This document shows, one piece after another, positions 55,185 to 64,000 of a stretch of 64,000 nucleotides of DNA. The notes under the pieces are model-generated. The model saw only the letters and a list, made by a program, of their open reading frames with translations, was not told where the DNA came from and searched no databases. Made by a program: the position numbers and the translations under genes. The stretch's first letter is position 1, and the number at the start of each line of letters is the position of its first letter. Origin of the DNA: Deltaproteobacteria bacterium (GTDB taxonomy: Bacteria; Desulfobacterota; Deferrimicrobia; Deferrimicrobiales; Deferrimicrobiaceae); the NCBI GenBank assembly GCA_037439645.1, contig JBBIVQ010000008.1:6693-70692 (forward strand). Reading direction: 5' to 3'.

Positions 55185-56069
55185 GTGAACCGCCCGGCGA
55201 CCGCGCCCGACGGCTCCGGTCTCGCGCTGAACGACCGCGAGTTCGACCGGTTCCGGCGGATCATCTACGAGGGGTCCCGCATCGCGCTGAACGGCGGGAA
55301 GAAGGAGTTGCTCCGGGCGCGCCTCGGGAAGGTCCTGTGCCGCCGCGGGATCCCCTCGTTCCGTGCGTACCTCGATCTGGTGGAGGAGGACCGGACCGGC
55401 GAGGAACTGACCGTCCTCCTGGACGCGGTCTCCACCAACCTCACCTCCTTCTTCCGCGAGGCCGATCATTTCCGCTTTCTCGAGACGACGGTGCTCCCCG
55501 CGTTGGACGCGCAACGCAGGGGTCCCGGCGAGCGGAAGATCCGGGCCTGGTCGGCCGGTTGCTCTTCCGGGGAGGAACCGTACAGCCTCGCCATCACCCT
55601 TCTCGAAACGCTCGGGAACGGAGACGGTTGGGACATCCGGCTGCTCGCCACCGACATCTCCACGAAGGTCCTGCGCACCGCGCGGGACGGCGTTTATCCG
55701 CGCGACCGGATCAAGGACATCCCCCCCGGGGTCGTTTCCCGGCACTTCCTTCCCGAGACCGGGGGCGACGATGAATCGCGATACCGCGTCTCCCCATCCG
55801 TACGTGGCCTCGTCACCTTCGGCCGCCTGAACCTCCTCGAACCGTACCCTTTCAAGGGTCCGTTCGACTTCATCTTCTGCCGCAACGTGATGATCTATTT
55901 CGACAGGGAGACGCAGGGGGTGCTGGTCGACGGGTTCCATCGCTACCTTGCGGACGGCGGGTATCTCTTCATAGGCCACTCCGAGAGCCTCAACGGGGTG
56001 GACCACCCCTTCCGGTACGTGAGACCGTCCGTCTACCGGAAGCCGGTGGGCGCATCGAGCCGGCGGTAA
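55185..56069 (+). CDS. cheR: Methyltransferase CheR
   Basis: TNLTSFFRE, WSAGCSSGEEPYS, ATDIS, IFCRNVMIYF, IGHSES. Confidence 0.98.
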   Translation: MNRPATAPDGSGLALNDREFDRFRRIIYEGSRIALNGGKKELLRARLGKVLCRRGIPSFRAYLDLVEEDRTGEELTVLLDAVSTNLTSFFREADHFRFLETTVLPALDAQRRGPGERKIRAWSAGCSSGEEPYSLAITLLETLGNGDGWDIRLLATDISTKVLRTARDGVYPRDRIKDIPPGVVSRHFLPETGGDDESRYRVSPSVRGLVTFGRLNLLEPYPFKGPFDFIFCRNVMIYFDRETQGVLVDGFHRYLADGGYLFIGHSESLNGVDHPFRYVRPSVYRKPVGASSRR

Positions 56070-56071
56070 GG

Positions 56072-56551
56072 ATGAGGCTCGTGGTGGGTGTGGGAGACCT
56101 CCGGGTCAGCGGGAATCCGGTCGATGTCATCGTCACCTACTCCCTCGGATCGTGCATCGGGCTGTGCGTGCACGATCCGTTGGCCCTCGTGGGCGGGATC
56201 CTCCACTTCATGCTCCCGGACTCGTCGATCTCGGCCGATAAAGCCGCGGCGAACCCGTACATGTTCGCCGACACCGGGATCCCGGCCCTGTTCAGGGAGG
56301 CGTATGCCCTCGGTGCCTCGAAGGAGCGGATCACGGTCCGGGCCGCGGGGGGGGCGGAGATCCTCGACGCGGCGGGGCTCTTCAACATCGGGAAACGGAA
56401 CATCCTCGCGCTGCGGAGGATCCTCCTGCGCAACGGCGTGACGCTGGGCCCTTCGGAGATCGGCGGGACGGTGAACCGGACCGTCTCCATGGAGGTCGCG
56501 ACGGGCGAGATCGTCCTCAAGACATCGGGGCGGGGAGTGAGCAGGCTATGA
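56072..56551 (+). CDS. cheD: Chemoreceptor glutamine deamidase CheD
   Basis: LGSCIG, HFMLP, FADTGI, AGGA, IGKRN. Confidence 0.95.
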   Translation: MRLVVGVGDLRVSGNPVDVIVTYSLGSCIGLCVHDPLALVGGILHFMLPDSSISADKAAANPYMFADTGIPALFREAYALGASKERITVRAAGGAEILDAAGLFNIGKRNILALRRILLRNGVTLGPSEIGGTVNRTVSMEVATGEIVLKTSGRGVSRL

Positions 56552-57414
56552 AACGGACCCGCGAGATCCTGGAGAAGGTCGACGCCGTACCGCCGTTCCC
56601 CGCGGTCGTGCACAAGGTTCTCGCCCTGCTCCAGGATCCGATGGTGTCCGCGGAGCGGCTCGTCGAAGCCGTGCGGTTCGACCAGTCGATCACCGCGCAC
56701 GTCCTGAGGGTCTGCAATTCGGCGCTTCACGGAGGGACGCGGAAGGTGTCCTCTCTCAAGGACGCCCTTGTGCGGATCGGCAACAGGGAACTTGTCCGGG
56801 TGGTCCTTTCCGCCGGAGGAAGCGACGTTCTCCGGAAGGAGGTCCCGGGATACGGCCTCGAGGGCGGCGCACTCTGGCGCCACTCCGTCCTTTGCGCACT
56901 TCTCTGCGAATCGCTCTGCGACGGCGCGGGGTACGAATGGAAGGAGAAGGCGTTCACGGCGGGGCTGTTGCACGACGTCGGGAAGGTCGTGCTGAGCGAG
57001 TTCGTCGGGAAGGAGTACGGGAAGATCCGGGACGCGGCGACGGCGGGCGGCCTCACCTTTCCGGAGGCCGAATCGGCAATTCTCGGTGTGGACCACGCCG
57101 AGGCGGGGGGGAGGATCGGCGAGAAGTGGAACTTCGACGCGGAGCTGGTGAACGCGATCCGCCACCATCACGATCCGGCGAAAGGCAAGGAAGGCCCGCT
57201 CCTCTTTCTCGTGCATTATTCGGACGTCCTGTGCCTGACCAGCGGGATCGGGGGAGGAGCCGACGGCCTCCGGTACAACGTGGACCATCGGCTGCTCGAG
57301 GCGAACGGGATCGGGGCGAAGGAGTTCGAGCTGGGTTTGATACGGCTCGCCGACGTGGAACGCGCCTTCCAGGGCGTCATGGCGATGTTCGGACGGGAGG
57401 GAGGTGGGAAATGA
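56548..57414 (+). CDS. HDOD-domain protein
   Basis: PPFP..DQSITAHVLRVCNS, LWRHS, AGLLHDVGK, DHAEAG..WNF..HHH. Confidence 0.93.
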   Translation: MKRTREILEKVDAVPPFPAVVHKVLALLQDPMVSAERLVEAVRFDQSITAHVLRVCNSALHGGTRKVSSLKDALVRIGNRELVRVVLSAGGSDVLRKEVPGYGLEGGALWRHSVLCALLCESLCDGAGYEWKEKAFTAGLLHDVGKVVLSEFVGKEYGKIRDAATAGGLTFPEAESAILGVDHAEAGGRIGEKWNFDAELVNAIRHHHDPAKGKEGPLLFLVHYSDVLCLTSGIGGGADGLRYNVDHRLLEANGIGAKEFELGLIRLADVERAFQGVMAMFGREGGGK

Positions 57415-58022
57415 ACCGGGCGGCCGGAAAGGTGATCGCGCTCGGGGCGTCGACCGGCGGGACCGAGGCGATCCGGAGCGTGTTGACACGGCTCGCCCCG
57501 GGGATTCCCGGGATGGTCGTCGTCCAGCACATGCCGGCCCGGTTCACGAAGGCATTCGCCGCTCGTTTGAACGAGTTGTGTCGCTTCGAGGTGAAGGAAG
57601 CCGAGGACGACGACATGGTGCGCCCGGGGAGGGTGCTGATCGCACCGGGGAACTTCCACACGGTGCTCGTCCGCTGCGGGGCCGTCTTCCGGGTGCGGGT
57701 AACGACGGGAGAGCCCGTGTGCCAACAACGACCCTCCGTGGACGTCCTCTTTCACTCCGTGGCGGAGACCGCGGGAAGGCACGCCGTCGGGGTCATCCTG
57801 ACCGGCATGGGGAAGGACGGCGCCGCGGGGATGCGTGCCATGCACGACAAGGGCGCCGCCACGATCGCCCAAGACGAGGCGAGCTGCGTCGTTTTCGGGA
57901 TGCCCAGGGAGGCGATCCGTGCCGGGGGCGTCGACCAGGCGATCCCGCTCTCCCGCATCCCCGAGGCTCTCCACGCCGCCTTCGGGATCGAAGAGGGGTG
58001 GATCGGCCGGACGACTTGGTGA
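57411..58022 (+). CDS. cheB: CheB methylesterase domain only (no receiver)
   Basis: GASTGG, VQHMP and LTGMGKDG catalytic motifs begin within about 10 aa of the start; ATGA overlap with the HDOD gene. Confidence 0.92.
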   Translation: MNRAAGKVIALGASTGGTEAIRSVLTRLAPGIPGMVVVQHMPARFTKAFAARLNELCRFEVKEAEDDDMVRPGRVLIAPGNFHTVLVRCGAVFRVRVTTGEPVCQQRPSVDVLFHSVAETAGRHAVGVILTGMGKDGAAGMRAMHDKGAATIAQDEASCVVFGMPREAIRAGGVDQAIPLSRIPEALHAAFGIEEGWIGRTTW

Positions 58023-58026
58023 AACG

Positions 58027-59235
58027 ATGCTGAAGAAGATCCCGGTCGATCGGTTGAAGATCGGCATGGTCGTCGAGAAGATGGATTGTGCCTGGATGGA
58101 GCATCCCTTTCTCGGAAACAGGAAGAAGATCGGCTCGGAGGAACAGATCCGGACGCTGCGCGATTACGGCATCCGGGAAGTCTACGTCGATACCGGGGAG
58201 GAGACGGACATCGACGCTTCCGTCCCTCCCGCGGCGCCGTCGGGCCTCGCCGCACCGCTCCCCGAGGAAGTGCCGCTCCAGGAGGAACTGCGGCACGCCG
58301 AAGCGACGCAGAGGGAGGCGCACGACATCGTCCGGGTCGTCATGCAGGACGTTCGTCTCGGCAGGAACGTGGAAAGCGAAAAGGTGGCGCGCGTGGTCGG
58401 GAAGATGATCGACAGCATCTTCCGGAATGCGGACGCCCTGTCGAGCCTTACCCGGTTGAAGGGATACGACGAGTACACCTTCGTCCACTCCGTCAACGTC
58501 TGCGTCCTCTGCCTGACCCTGGGCCGCAGGCTCTCGTATCCCCGCGCCGACCTCGAAACTCTCGGGATCGGGGCGCTGCTGCACGACACCGGGAAGATCA
58601 GGATCTCCGCGGAGATCCTGAAGAAGCCGGGGCGTCTCGACGATCGGGAGATGACCGAGATGAAGCGGCACCCCCTCTACGGAGTGGAGGTCCTCGAGAA
58701 CGCGGGCGGGATTCCGGAAGACGCGAAACAGGTGGCGTTGCAGCACCACGAACGGTGGAACGGCGGAGGGTACCCGTACGGACTCAGGGAGGAGGAGATC
58801 GGGCGGTTCGGCCGGGTCGCCGCCCTCTGCGACGTCTACGACGCGATGACCTCCGACCGGTGCTACGCGAAGGGGATGCCCCCCTACGAGGGGATGCGGA
58901 AGATCCACGAGTGGACCGGTATCCATTTCTCTCCGGAGGTGGTTCAATCCTTCATCCGCTGCATGGGGATCTATCCGGTGGGCACCGTCGTCCGGCTCGA
59001 CACCGGCGAAATCGGCGTCGTCACCGCCGCCAACCGCGAGATGATACTTCGTCCCCGCATGGTCGTGCTCTTCCGTGACCCGGGGATCCGGCTGCCGGAT
59101 CCCGTCCCGGTCGATCTCGTGGAGAAGGCGCCCGACGGGCGGCGGTATGCGCGGACGATCGTCGGCCCCCTCGACCCTTCCGGGTTGGGGATCGATCCGG
59201 CGGATTCCTTCCTCCAGCCGGTTCCCGTGCACTGA
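58027..59235 (+). CDS. HD-GYP c-di-GMP phosphodiesterase with DUF3391-like N-terminus
   Basis: KKIPVDRLKIGMVV..W..HPF; YTFVHSVNV, LLHDTGK, HHERWNGGGYPYGL, DVYDAMTSDR. Confidence 0.94.
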   Translation: MLKKIPVDRLKIGMVVEKMDCAWMEHPFLGNRKKIGSEEQIRTLRDYGIREVYVDTGEETDIDASVPPAAPSGLAAPLPEEVPLQEELRHAEATQREAHDIVRVVMQDVRLGRNVESEKVARVVGKMIDSIFRNADALSSLTRLKGYDEYTFVHSVNVCVLCLTLGRRLSYPRADLETLGIGALLHDTGKIRISAEILKKPGRLDDREMTEMKRHPLYGVEVLENAGGIPEDAKQVALQHHERWNGGGYPYGLREEEIGRFGRVAALCDVYDAMTSDRCYAKGMPPYEGMRKIHEWTGIHFSPEVVQSFIRCMGIYPVGTVVRLDTGEIGVVTAANREMILRPRMVVLFRDPGIRLPDPVPVDLVEKAPDGRRYARTIVGPLDPSGLGIDPADSFLQPVPVH

Positions 59236-59318
59236 TACCTTCCGCTCCGGGAGGATCAAGTGGTGTAAGATACGTTATCCGAATCAACGACCCCGGGACC
59301 GCGAACCTTCATACCTCC

Positions 59319-61166
59319 ATGTTGACCGTCACGAATCTGTCGAAATCCTACGGGAGGCAGACCCTCTTCGAGGGGGCGTCGTTCCAGGTGGCGCCCGGAG
59401 AACGTGTGGGGGTGGTGGGACGCAACGGGTCGGGGAAGACGACCCTGTTCCGGATCCTCCTCGGGGAGGAGGCGCCGGATTCGGGCGCGGTGTCCGTTCC
59501 CGCCGGGTACCGGATCGGGTATCTCGCCCAGCATCTCCGGTTCGGCCGCAAGACCGTGCTGGCCGAGGCGGCTTCCGCGCTCCCCCCGCGGGAAGACGGC
59601 ACGGACGAGACGTACCGCGCCAAGGCGGTCCTCGCCGGGCTCGGTTTTTCGGAGGACGACCACCGCCGGGATCCGGCCGCCCTCTCCGGCGGCTACCAGG
59701 TCCGCCTCAACCTCGCCCGTACGCTTCTCTCGGTCCCGGACCTTCTCCTGCTCGACGAGCCGACGAACTACCTGGACGTCGTCTCCATCCGGTGGCTGCG
59801 CCGCTTCCTGTGCGGCTGGCGGGGAGCGCTCCTCCTGATCACCCACGACCGGGATTTCATGGACGGGGTCACGACCCACACGATGGCGATCCACCGCGGC
59901 AGGGTCCGAAAGATGTCCGGCGGCACGGGGAAGCTGTACGGGCAGATCCTCCAGGAGGAGGAGATCCACGAGCAGACCCGGAAAAACGACGAGAAGAAGA
60001 GGGAGGAGGCGGAGGCGTTCATCGCCCGGTTCCGGGCGCAGGCCACCAAGGCGCGCGCCGTGCAGTCGCGCATCAAGCTGCTCGCGCGGCACGAGCGGCT
60101 CGAGAAGCTTGCCGACGTTCGGAACCTCGATTTCCGGTTCACCGAGGCGCCCTTCTCCGGGAAGTGGATGATGGAAGTGCGGGACCTCTCCTTCGGATAC
60201 GACGCGGGGCATCCGCTGATCGACGGGCTGTCGTTCCACGTGGCGAAGGGGGACCGGATCGCGGTCGTCGGGCCGAACGGGCGGGGGAAGACGACGCTGC
60301 TCCGGCTGCTCGCCGGCGAGCTCTCGCCCGTTACCGGCCTGGTGAAGCCGGCCGTGAACCTCAAGGTCGGGTACTTCGGGCAGACGAACGTCGACCGCCT
60401 CCGCCCGGAATATTCGGTCGAGGAGGAGGTGCGGCAGGCGAACCCCGTCCTGACGCGGACCCGGGTCCGCTCCCTTTGCGGCGCGGTGATGTTCGGGGGG
60501 GCGTCGGCGGAGAAGCGGATCTCCGTCCTCTCGGGCGGCGAGCGCAGCCGCGTCCTCCTCGGGAAGATCCTCGCCACGCCGGTCAACCTCCTGCTGCTCG
60601 ACGAGCCGACGAACCACCTCGACCAGGAGTCGGTCGACGCGTTCGTCGAGGCGGTCGACGCGTTCGACGGGGCGGTGATCCTCGTGACGCACATCGAGCG
60701 GGTCCTTTCCGCCCTTGCGACGAAGCTGGTCGTCTTCGACGGCGGGGCGGTCAAGGTGTTCGACTACGGCTACGGCGATTTCCTCGAGCGTGTCGGCTGG
60801 CGGGCGGAGGCGGCGGAGGGAACGGCGTCGCGCCCCGGCTGGAGGAGTGCGAAGGGGAGGGAGGCGAGGAGAGAGAGGGCCAGGATCGTGGCCCTGCGGT
60901 CGAAGGAGATCGGCGCGCTGAAGCGGAAGATCGAGGAGATCGAGGCGGAGATCCTCCTGCTGGAGAGCCGCCTGCCGGGGGAAGAGGAGGCGCTCATCGA
61001 GGCGTCCCGCAGGAATGACCGGCCGGCGATCCGGACGCTGACCGCCACGACCTCTTCGGCCCGTGTGCGGGTCGAGCTCCTCTTCGGGGAGATGGTCGCC
61101 CTCGGCGAACAGCTGCAGGGGAAGGAGCGGGCCTACGCGGAGGAACTCGGGGAAGAGGGCGGGTAG
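59319..61166 (+). CDS. ABC-F family ATPase
   Basis: Two NBDs (GRNGSGKTT/LSGG/LLLDEPTNYLD and GPNGRGKTT/LSGGE/LLLDEPTNHLD), no TM helices, C-terminal coiled coil. Confidence 0.95.
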   Translation: MLTVTNLSKSYGRQTLFEGASFQVAPGERVGVVGRNGSGKTTLFRILLGEEAPDSGAVSVPAGYRIGYLAQHLRFGRKTVLAEAASALPPREDGTDETYRAKAVLAGLGFSEDDHRRDPAALSGGYQVRLNLARTLLSVPDLLLLDEPTNYLDVVSIRWLRRFLCGWRGALLLITHDRDFMDGVTTHTMAIHRGRVRKMSGGTGKLYGQILQEEEIHEQTRKNDEKKREEAEAFIARFRAQATKARAVQSRIKLLARHERLEKLADVRNLDFRFTEAPFSGKWMMEVRDLSFGYDAGHPLIDGLSFHVAKGDRIAVVGPNGRGKTTLLRLLAGELSPVTGLVKPAVNLKVGYFGQTNVDRLRPEYSVEEEVRQANPVLTRTRVRSLCGAVMFGGASAEKRISVLSGGERSRVLLGKILATPVNLLLLDEPTNHLDQESVDAFVEAVDAFDGAVILVTHIERVLSALATKLVVFDGGAVKVFDYGYGDFLERVGWRAEAAEGTASRPGWRSAKGREARRERARIVALRSKEIGALKRKIEEIEAEILLLESRLPGEEEALIEASRRNDRPAIRTLTATTSSARVRVELLFGEMVALGEQLQGKERAYAEELGEEGG

Positions 61167-61192
61167 GGCGTCTTGTGCTACTCTACCGGATA

Positions 61193-61435
61193 ATGAGTCC
61201 AACGTTTCTTCTCTACAAGCGGTACCGGTTCTACGTGAACAGCCGGGAGGAAACACGTGTTCATATCCATGTCCAGACCCCGGAAGGAGAGTTGAAGATA
61301 TGGCTGTCTCCGGAAGTCGAAATCGCGAAAAACTACTCGGTATCAAGCCGCGATGTCCGGGAGATCCTCAAGGTCGTGAAGGAGAAGGAGAATGAGTTCA
61401 AGAGCCTCTGGGAAAAACACTTTATCAGGCGATGA
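61193..61435 (+). CDS. DUF4160-family protein
   Basis: MSPT..YRFYVNSREE..HIHV..KIWL..W.KHF pattern. Confidence 0.85.
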   Translation: MSPTFLLYKRYRFYVNSREETRVHIHVQTPEGELKIWLSPEVEIAKNYSVSSRDVREILKVVKEKENEFKSLWEKHFIRR

Positions 61436-61670
61436 ATCCGCGACCGGGATTACGTCCGTCAACCGGGATGGCATCTGGTTTTTGGCGAAGGACCGGGAGT
61501 ACTTCATTCCCTTTCGGAACTATCGAAAACTTCGAAGTGCTTCCGTCGAACGGATATGGAAAGTGAAGTTTTTCCCTCCCGGCCACCTGCGTTGGAACGA
61601 ACTGGACGTAGACATAGAACTGGACGCATTGGAGGAGCCGGAGAAGTTTCCCCTCGAATACCGGGGATGA
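61392..61670 (+). CDS. DUF2442-family protein
   Basis: GIW..EYFIPF..Y..HLRWNELDVDIELDALEEPEKFPL. Confidence 0.85.
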   Translation: MSSRASGKNTLSGDESATGITSVNRDGIWFLAKDREYFIPFRNYRKLRSASVERIWKVKFFPPGHLRWNELDVDIELDALEEPEKFPLEYRG

Positions 61671-61849
61671 AGACGATGCCCGCTCGTTGAAGATGCGAAG
61701 CAGCACGTCGTCCGGCAGGTCGATCCGCTTCCTGATCCCGCCGATCTCCACGCGCACCTCTCCGGGTCCATCTGGTAGGATGGTGCATTCTCCGCGGTTT
61801 CAGGGGAACGCCGGGGACCGCGGATCGGGAAAGGAAGGGAGGGGAGAAG

Positions 61850-62335
61850 ATGCCGTCGTTCGACGTCGTATCGGTGGTGAACATGCAGGAGGTCGACAAC
61901 GCAGTCAACCAGGCGGTCAAGGAGATCGGCCAGCGGTACGACTTCAAGGGGACGAAAACGGAGATCACGCACGACAAGGACGGCATCAAGGTGCTTACCG
62001 ACGACGACTACCGTCTGAAGGCGGTCGTTGACGTCCTCCAGTCGAAGTTCGTGAAGCGCGGAGTCTCCCTCAAGGCCATGCAGTACGGGAAGGTGGAGCC
62101 CGCCTCCGGGGGGCTCGTACGCCAGATGATCGCCATCCAGCAGGGAATCCCGAAGGAGAAGGGGAGGGAGATCGTCGCCCTCGTCAAGCAGACGAAGCTG
62201 AAGGTCCAGTCCCAGATCCAGGACGAGCAGGTCCGGGTGACCGGGAAGAACATCGACGATCTCCAGGCGGTGATCGCGCTGCTGAAGGGGAAGGACCTCG
62301 GCGTGGAGATGCAGTTCGTCAACCTGCGGTCTTAG
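61850..62335 (+). CDS. yajQ: YajQ-family nucleotide/c-di-GMP-binding protein
   Basis: [47 protein letters not shown]. Confidence 0.97.
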   Translation: MPSFDVVSVVNMQEVDNAVNQAVKEIGQRYDFKGTKTEITHDKDGIKVLTDDDYRLKAVVDVLQSKFVKRGVSLKAMQYGKVEPASGGLVRQMIAIQQGIPKEKGREIVALVKQTKLKVQSQIQDEQVRVTGKNIDDLQAVIALLKGKDLGVEMQFVNLRS

Positions 62336-62419
62336 TGTCCCATTTCACGATTACGGTAACGGTTCCGGACGCAGGGCGCACGGGGGGTTCCACGCAGCGG
62401 CGTCTGGAGCGCACCGTGT

Positions 62420-63595
62420 TTACAACGAGGTGTACTTGGTGGCCGCCGCTTTCCGCAAGGCTTGGGAGAGATCGGCCTGCAGCTCCCCCCGGTCTTCGAT
62501 CCCCACGGAGAGCCGCACCAGCGAGGGGGTGAGCCCCACCGCGGCCTGCTCTTCGAGCGGGATGTCCGCGTGGGTCATCGTCGATGGGTGCGTGACGAGC
62601 GACTCGACCCCGCCGAGGCTCTCCGCGAGAAGGACGGTTTTCAACGCGCTCAGGAAGGCCGGCACCGCCTTCTCCCGCTTCAGCTCGAACGAGACGATCG
62701 AGCCGGCTCCCGAGGCCTGGGAGAAGTGCAGCTCCCTTCGGGGGTGATCCGGCAGGCCCGGGTAATGGATTTTTTCGACGGCGGGGTGCCCCGACAGGAA
62801 TCCCGCCAGCGCGTCCGCGTTCTCCTGGGCGCGCGTCACCCGGACGGACAAGGTCTTGATCCCTCTCAGGAGGAGCCAGCAGTCGAACGGGGAAGGAATC
62901 GCTCCGATCGCCTTCTGGGCGAAGGCGATTTTTTCGCCGACGCCGGCGTCCGTCGTCACGACCGCACCGCCGATCAGGTCGTTGTGCCCCCCGAGGAACT
63001 TTGTGGCGCTGTGGACGACCACGTCGATCCCCAGGGCAAGCGGGCGCTGGAGCACGGGCGACATGAACGTGTTGTCCACGACGGTGAGGATCCCTTGTTC
63101 GCGTCCGATCCGCGCGATCCCCGAAAGGTCGGCGATCTTCATCAGGGGATTCGTCGGCGTCTCGATGAAGAGCGCCTTCGTCTTCCCCCGGATCTTCCTC
63201 CTCACGACGGCCGGATCTCCCATGTCCACGTAATCGAAAAAGAGCCCGTAGGGGCGCAGGAGCTTCTCGAACAGGCGGTACGTTCCGCCGTACAGGTCGT
63301 CGGAGCAGAGGATGTGGTCCCCCGTCCGGAAGAGGGTCATCAGGGCGGAGATCGCCGCCATCCCCGAGGAGAAGGCGACGGCGCGGGATCCTCCCTCGAG
63401 GTCCGCCAACACTTTCTCTACCGCCTGGCGTGTCGGGTTCTCCCCCCGCGAGTAGTCGAATCCCCGGTTCTTCCCGAAGCGCTCGTACCGGTAGATGGCC
63501 GACGGGTAGATCGGGACGCTGACGGCTCCGTACGCCTTGTCCGCACCCACCCCCGCCTGCGCGGCGATCGTTTCGATCCTGCGGTTCCGTTTCAA
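62420..63595 (-). CDS. PLP-dependent trans-sulfuration enzyme (cystathionine gamma-synthase/lyase family)
   Basis: YSRGENPTR, FSSGMAA, ETPTNP, VDNTF, HSATKFLGGH, AESLGGVES, RLSVGIED. Confidence 0.95.
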   Translation of the reverse strand: MKRNRRIETIAAQAGVGADKAYGAVSVPIYPSAIYRYERFGKNRGFDYSRGENPTRQAVEKVLADLEGGSRAVAFSSGMAAISALMTLFRTGDHILCSDDLYGGTYRLFEKLLRPYGLFFDYVDMGDPAVVRRKIRGKTKALFIETPTNPLMKIADLSGIARIGREQGILTVVDNTFMSPVLQRPLALGIDVVVHSATKFLGGHNDLIGGAVVTTDAGVGEKIAFAQKAIGAIPSPFDCWLLLRGIKTLSVRVTRAQENADALAGFLSGHPAVEKIHYPGLPDHPRRELHFSQASGAGSIVSFELKREKAVPAFLSALKTVLLAESLGGVESLVTHPSTMTHADIPLEEQAAVGLTPSLVRLSVGIEDRGELQADLSQALRKAAATKYTSL

Positions 63596-63655
63596 GGGGA
63601 CCCCCGTATAGCGTTGTGTCCAGCCGAAAATGGCAAGTTGTCCGATAGATAGAGT

Positions 63656-63683
63656 AGCGTATATCTTCTCTGTGTGGTGTCAA
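63656..63683 (-). promoter_or_regulatory. Putative sigma70 promoter of the trans-sulfuration gene
   Basis: Minus strand TTGACA-N16-TACGCT. Confidence 0.55.
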
Positions 63684-63822
63684 GCGGGAAAAGAATGTCA
63701 GGCCTGATGCGGGGTGAAGGCGTAATAAAAAGTCTTATATCTTATCTTATTGATAACAAACAAATTATTTTAAAGAAGTCCATGAATCCCGCCCCTTTCA
63801 GGTGAGGGGAGTGAAAAAACGG

Positions 63823-63850
63823 TTGACGCACGCATTATTGTTTGTATGAT
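63823..63850 (+). promoter_or_regulatory. Putative sigma70 promoter
   Basis: TTGACG-N16-TATGAT in the AT-rich intergenic region. Confidence 0.65.
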
Positions 63851-63885
63851 ACTACTAATTCGATAGAGTTAATGGTGATTAGTCA

Positions 63886-64000
63886 TTGGAGACTCGGAAG
63901 CGTAGCATCGCGAAGACGATCAGCTGGCGTGTCGTGGCCACGGTCATCACGGGGGTCGTCACGTACTTCCTGACCGGCCGCCTCGACTTCGCCGTGACCG
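63886..64000 (+). CDS. DUF2061-family membrane protein (5' part; runs off the window)
   Basis: Hand translation from the TTG at 63886: LETRKRSIAKTISWRVVATVITGVVTYFLTG. Confidence 0.75.
   Translation, partial: METRKRSIAKTISWRVVATVITGVVTYFLTGRLDFAVT

Noticed and set aside
63750-63763. FNR-like TTGATAACAAACAA
   Set aside because: A one-mismatch hit in a very AT-rich stretch with no supporting context.
63783-63813. Hairpin loosely resembling an IS200/IS605 end
   Set aside because: The stem is short and imperfect, and no tnpA/tnpB remnant is nearby.
1-64000. CRISPR arrays, tRNA/rRNA genes, integrases, transposases, or an injectisome-type T3SS
   Set aside because: None recognised by eye. The export genes are flagellar, given the rod, hook, filament and stator genes alongside them.

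Overview
About 59 kb of this GC-rich window (1-59.2 kb) is one near-complete flagellar and chemotaxis supercluster. Its gene content (DVU0524-like protein, TIGR02530 protein, csrA-fliW, rod-binding-only FlgJ, TPR-flgS-flgR, CheX/CheD/HDOD) resembles Desulfobacterota or 'Deltaproteobacteria'; that taxonomy is an inference. The minus-strand block runs fleQ-like, TPR-flgS-flgR, flgBC-fliEFGHIJ-motE-fliK-flgD-X-flgE and fliLMNOPQR-flhBA-flhF (truncated at the left edge). The plus-strand block runs motAB, small regulators, DGC-PilZ-fliK2-flhX, flgFGAHIJMNKL-csrA-fliW, fliC-flaG-fliD-fliS-fliT, two glycosyltransferases, and a divergent che locus (cheX / CheC-pseudoREC / cheY versus cheW-A-R-D-HDOD-cheB-HD-GYP). 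The right flank encodes an ABC-F ATPase, a DUF4160/DUF2442 pair, yajQ, a trans-sulfuration enzyme and the start of a DUF2061 gene. The most notable signals are: (i) an atypical c-di-GMP-linked chemosensory module (CheA with MshEN-like repeats, receiver-less CheB, CheC/X-pseudoreceiver fusion); (ii) a regulatory hierarchy that can be read from the DNA (five sigma54 promoters with two different enhancer motifs, six sigma28 promoters, a CsrA hairpin in the fliC leader); (iii) a GTPase-degenerate FlhF; (iv) a tail-sheath-like insert in FliD; (v) a membrane-anchored PilZ protein; (vi) a Maf-like/GT9 flagellin-modification triad. All calls are from motif recognition by eye; no database searches were run.
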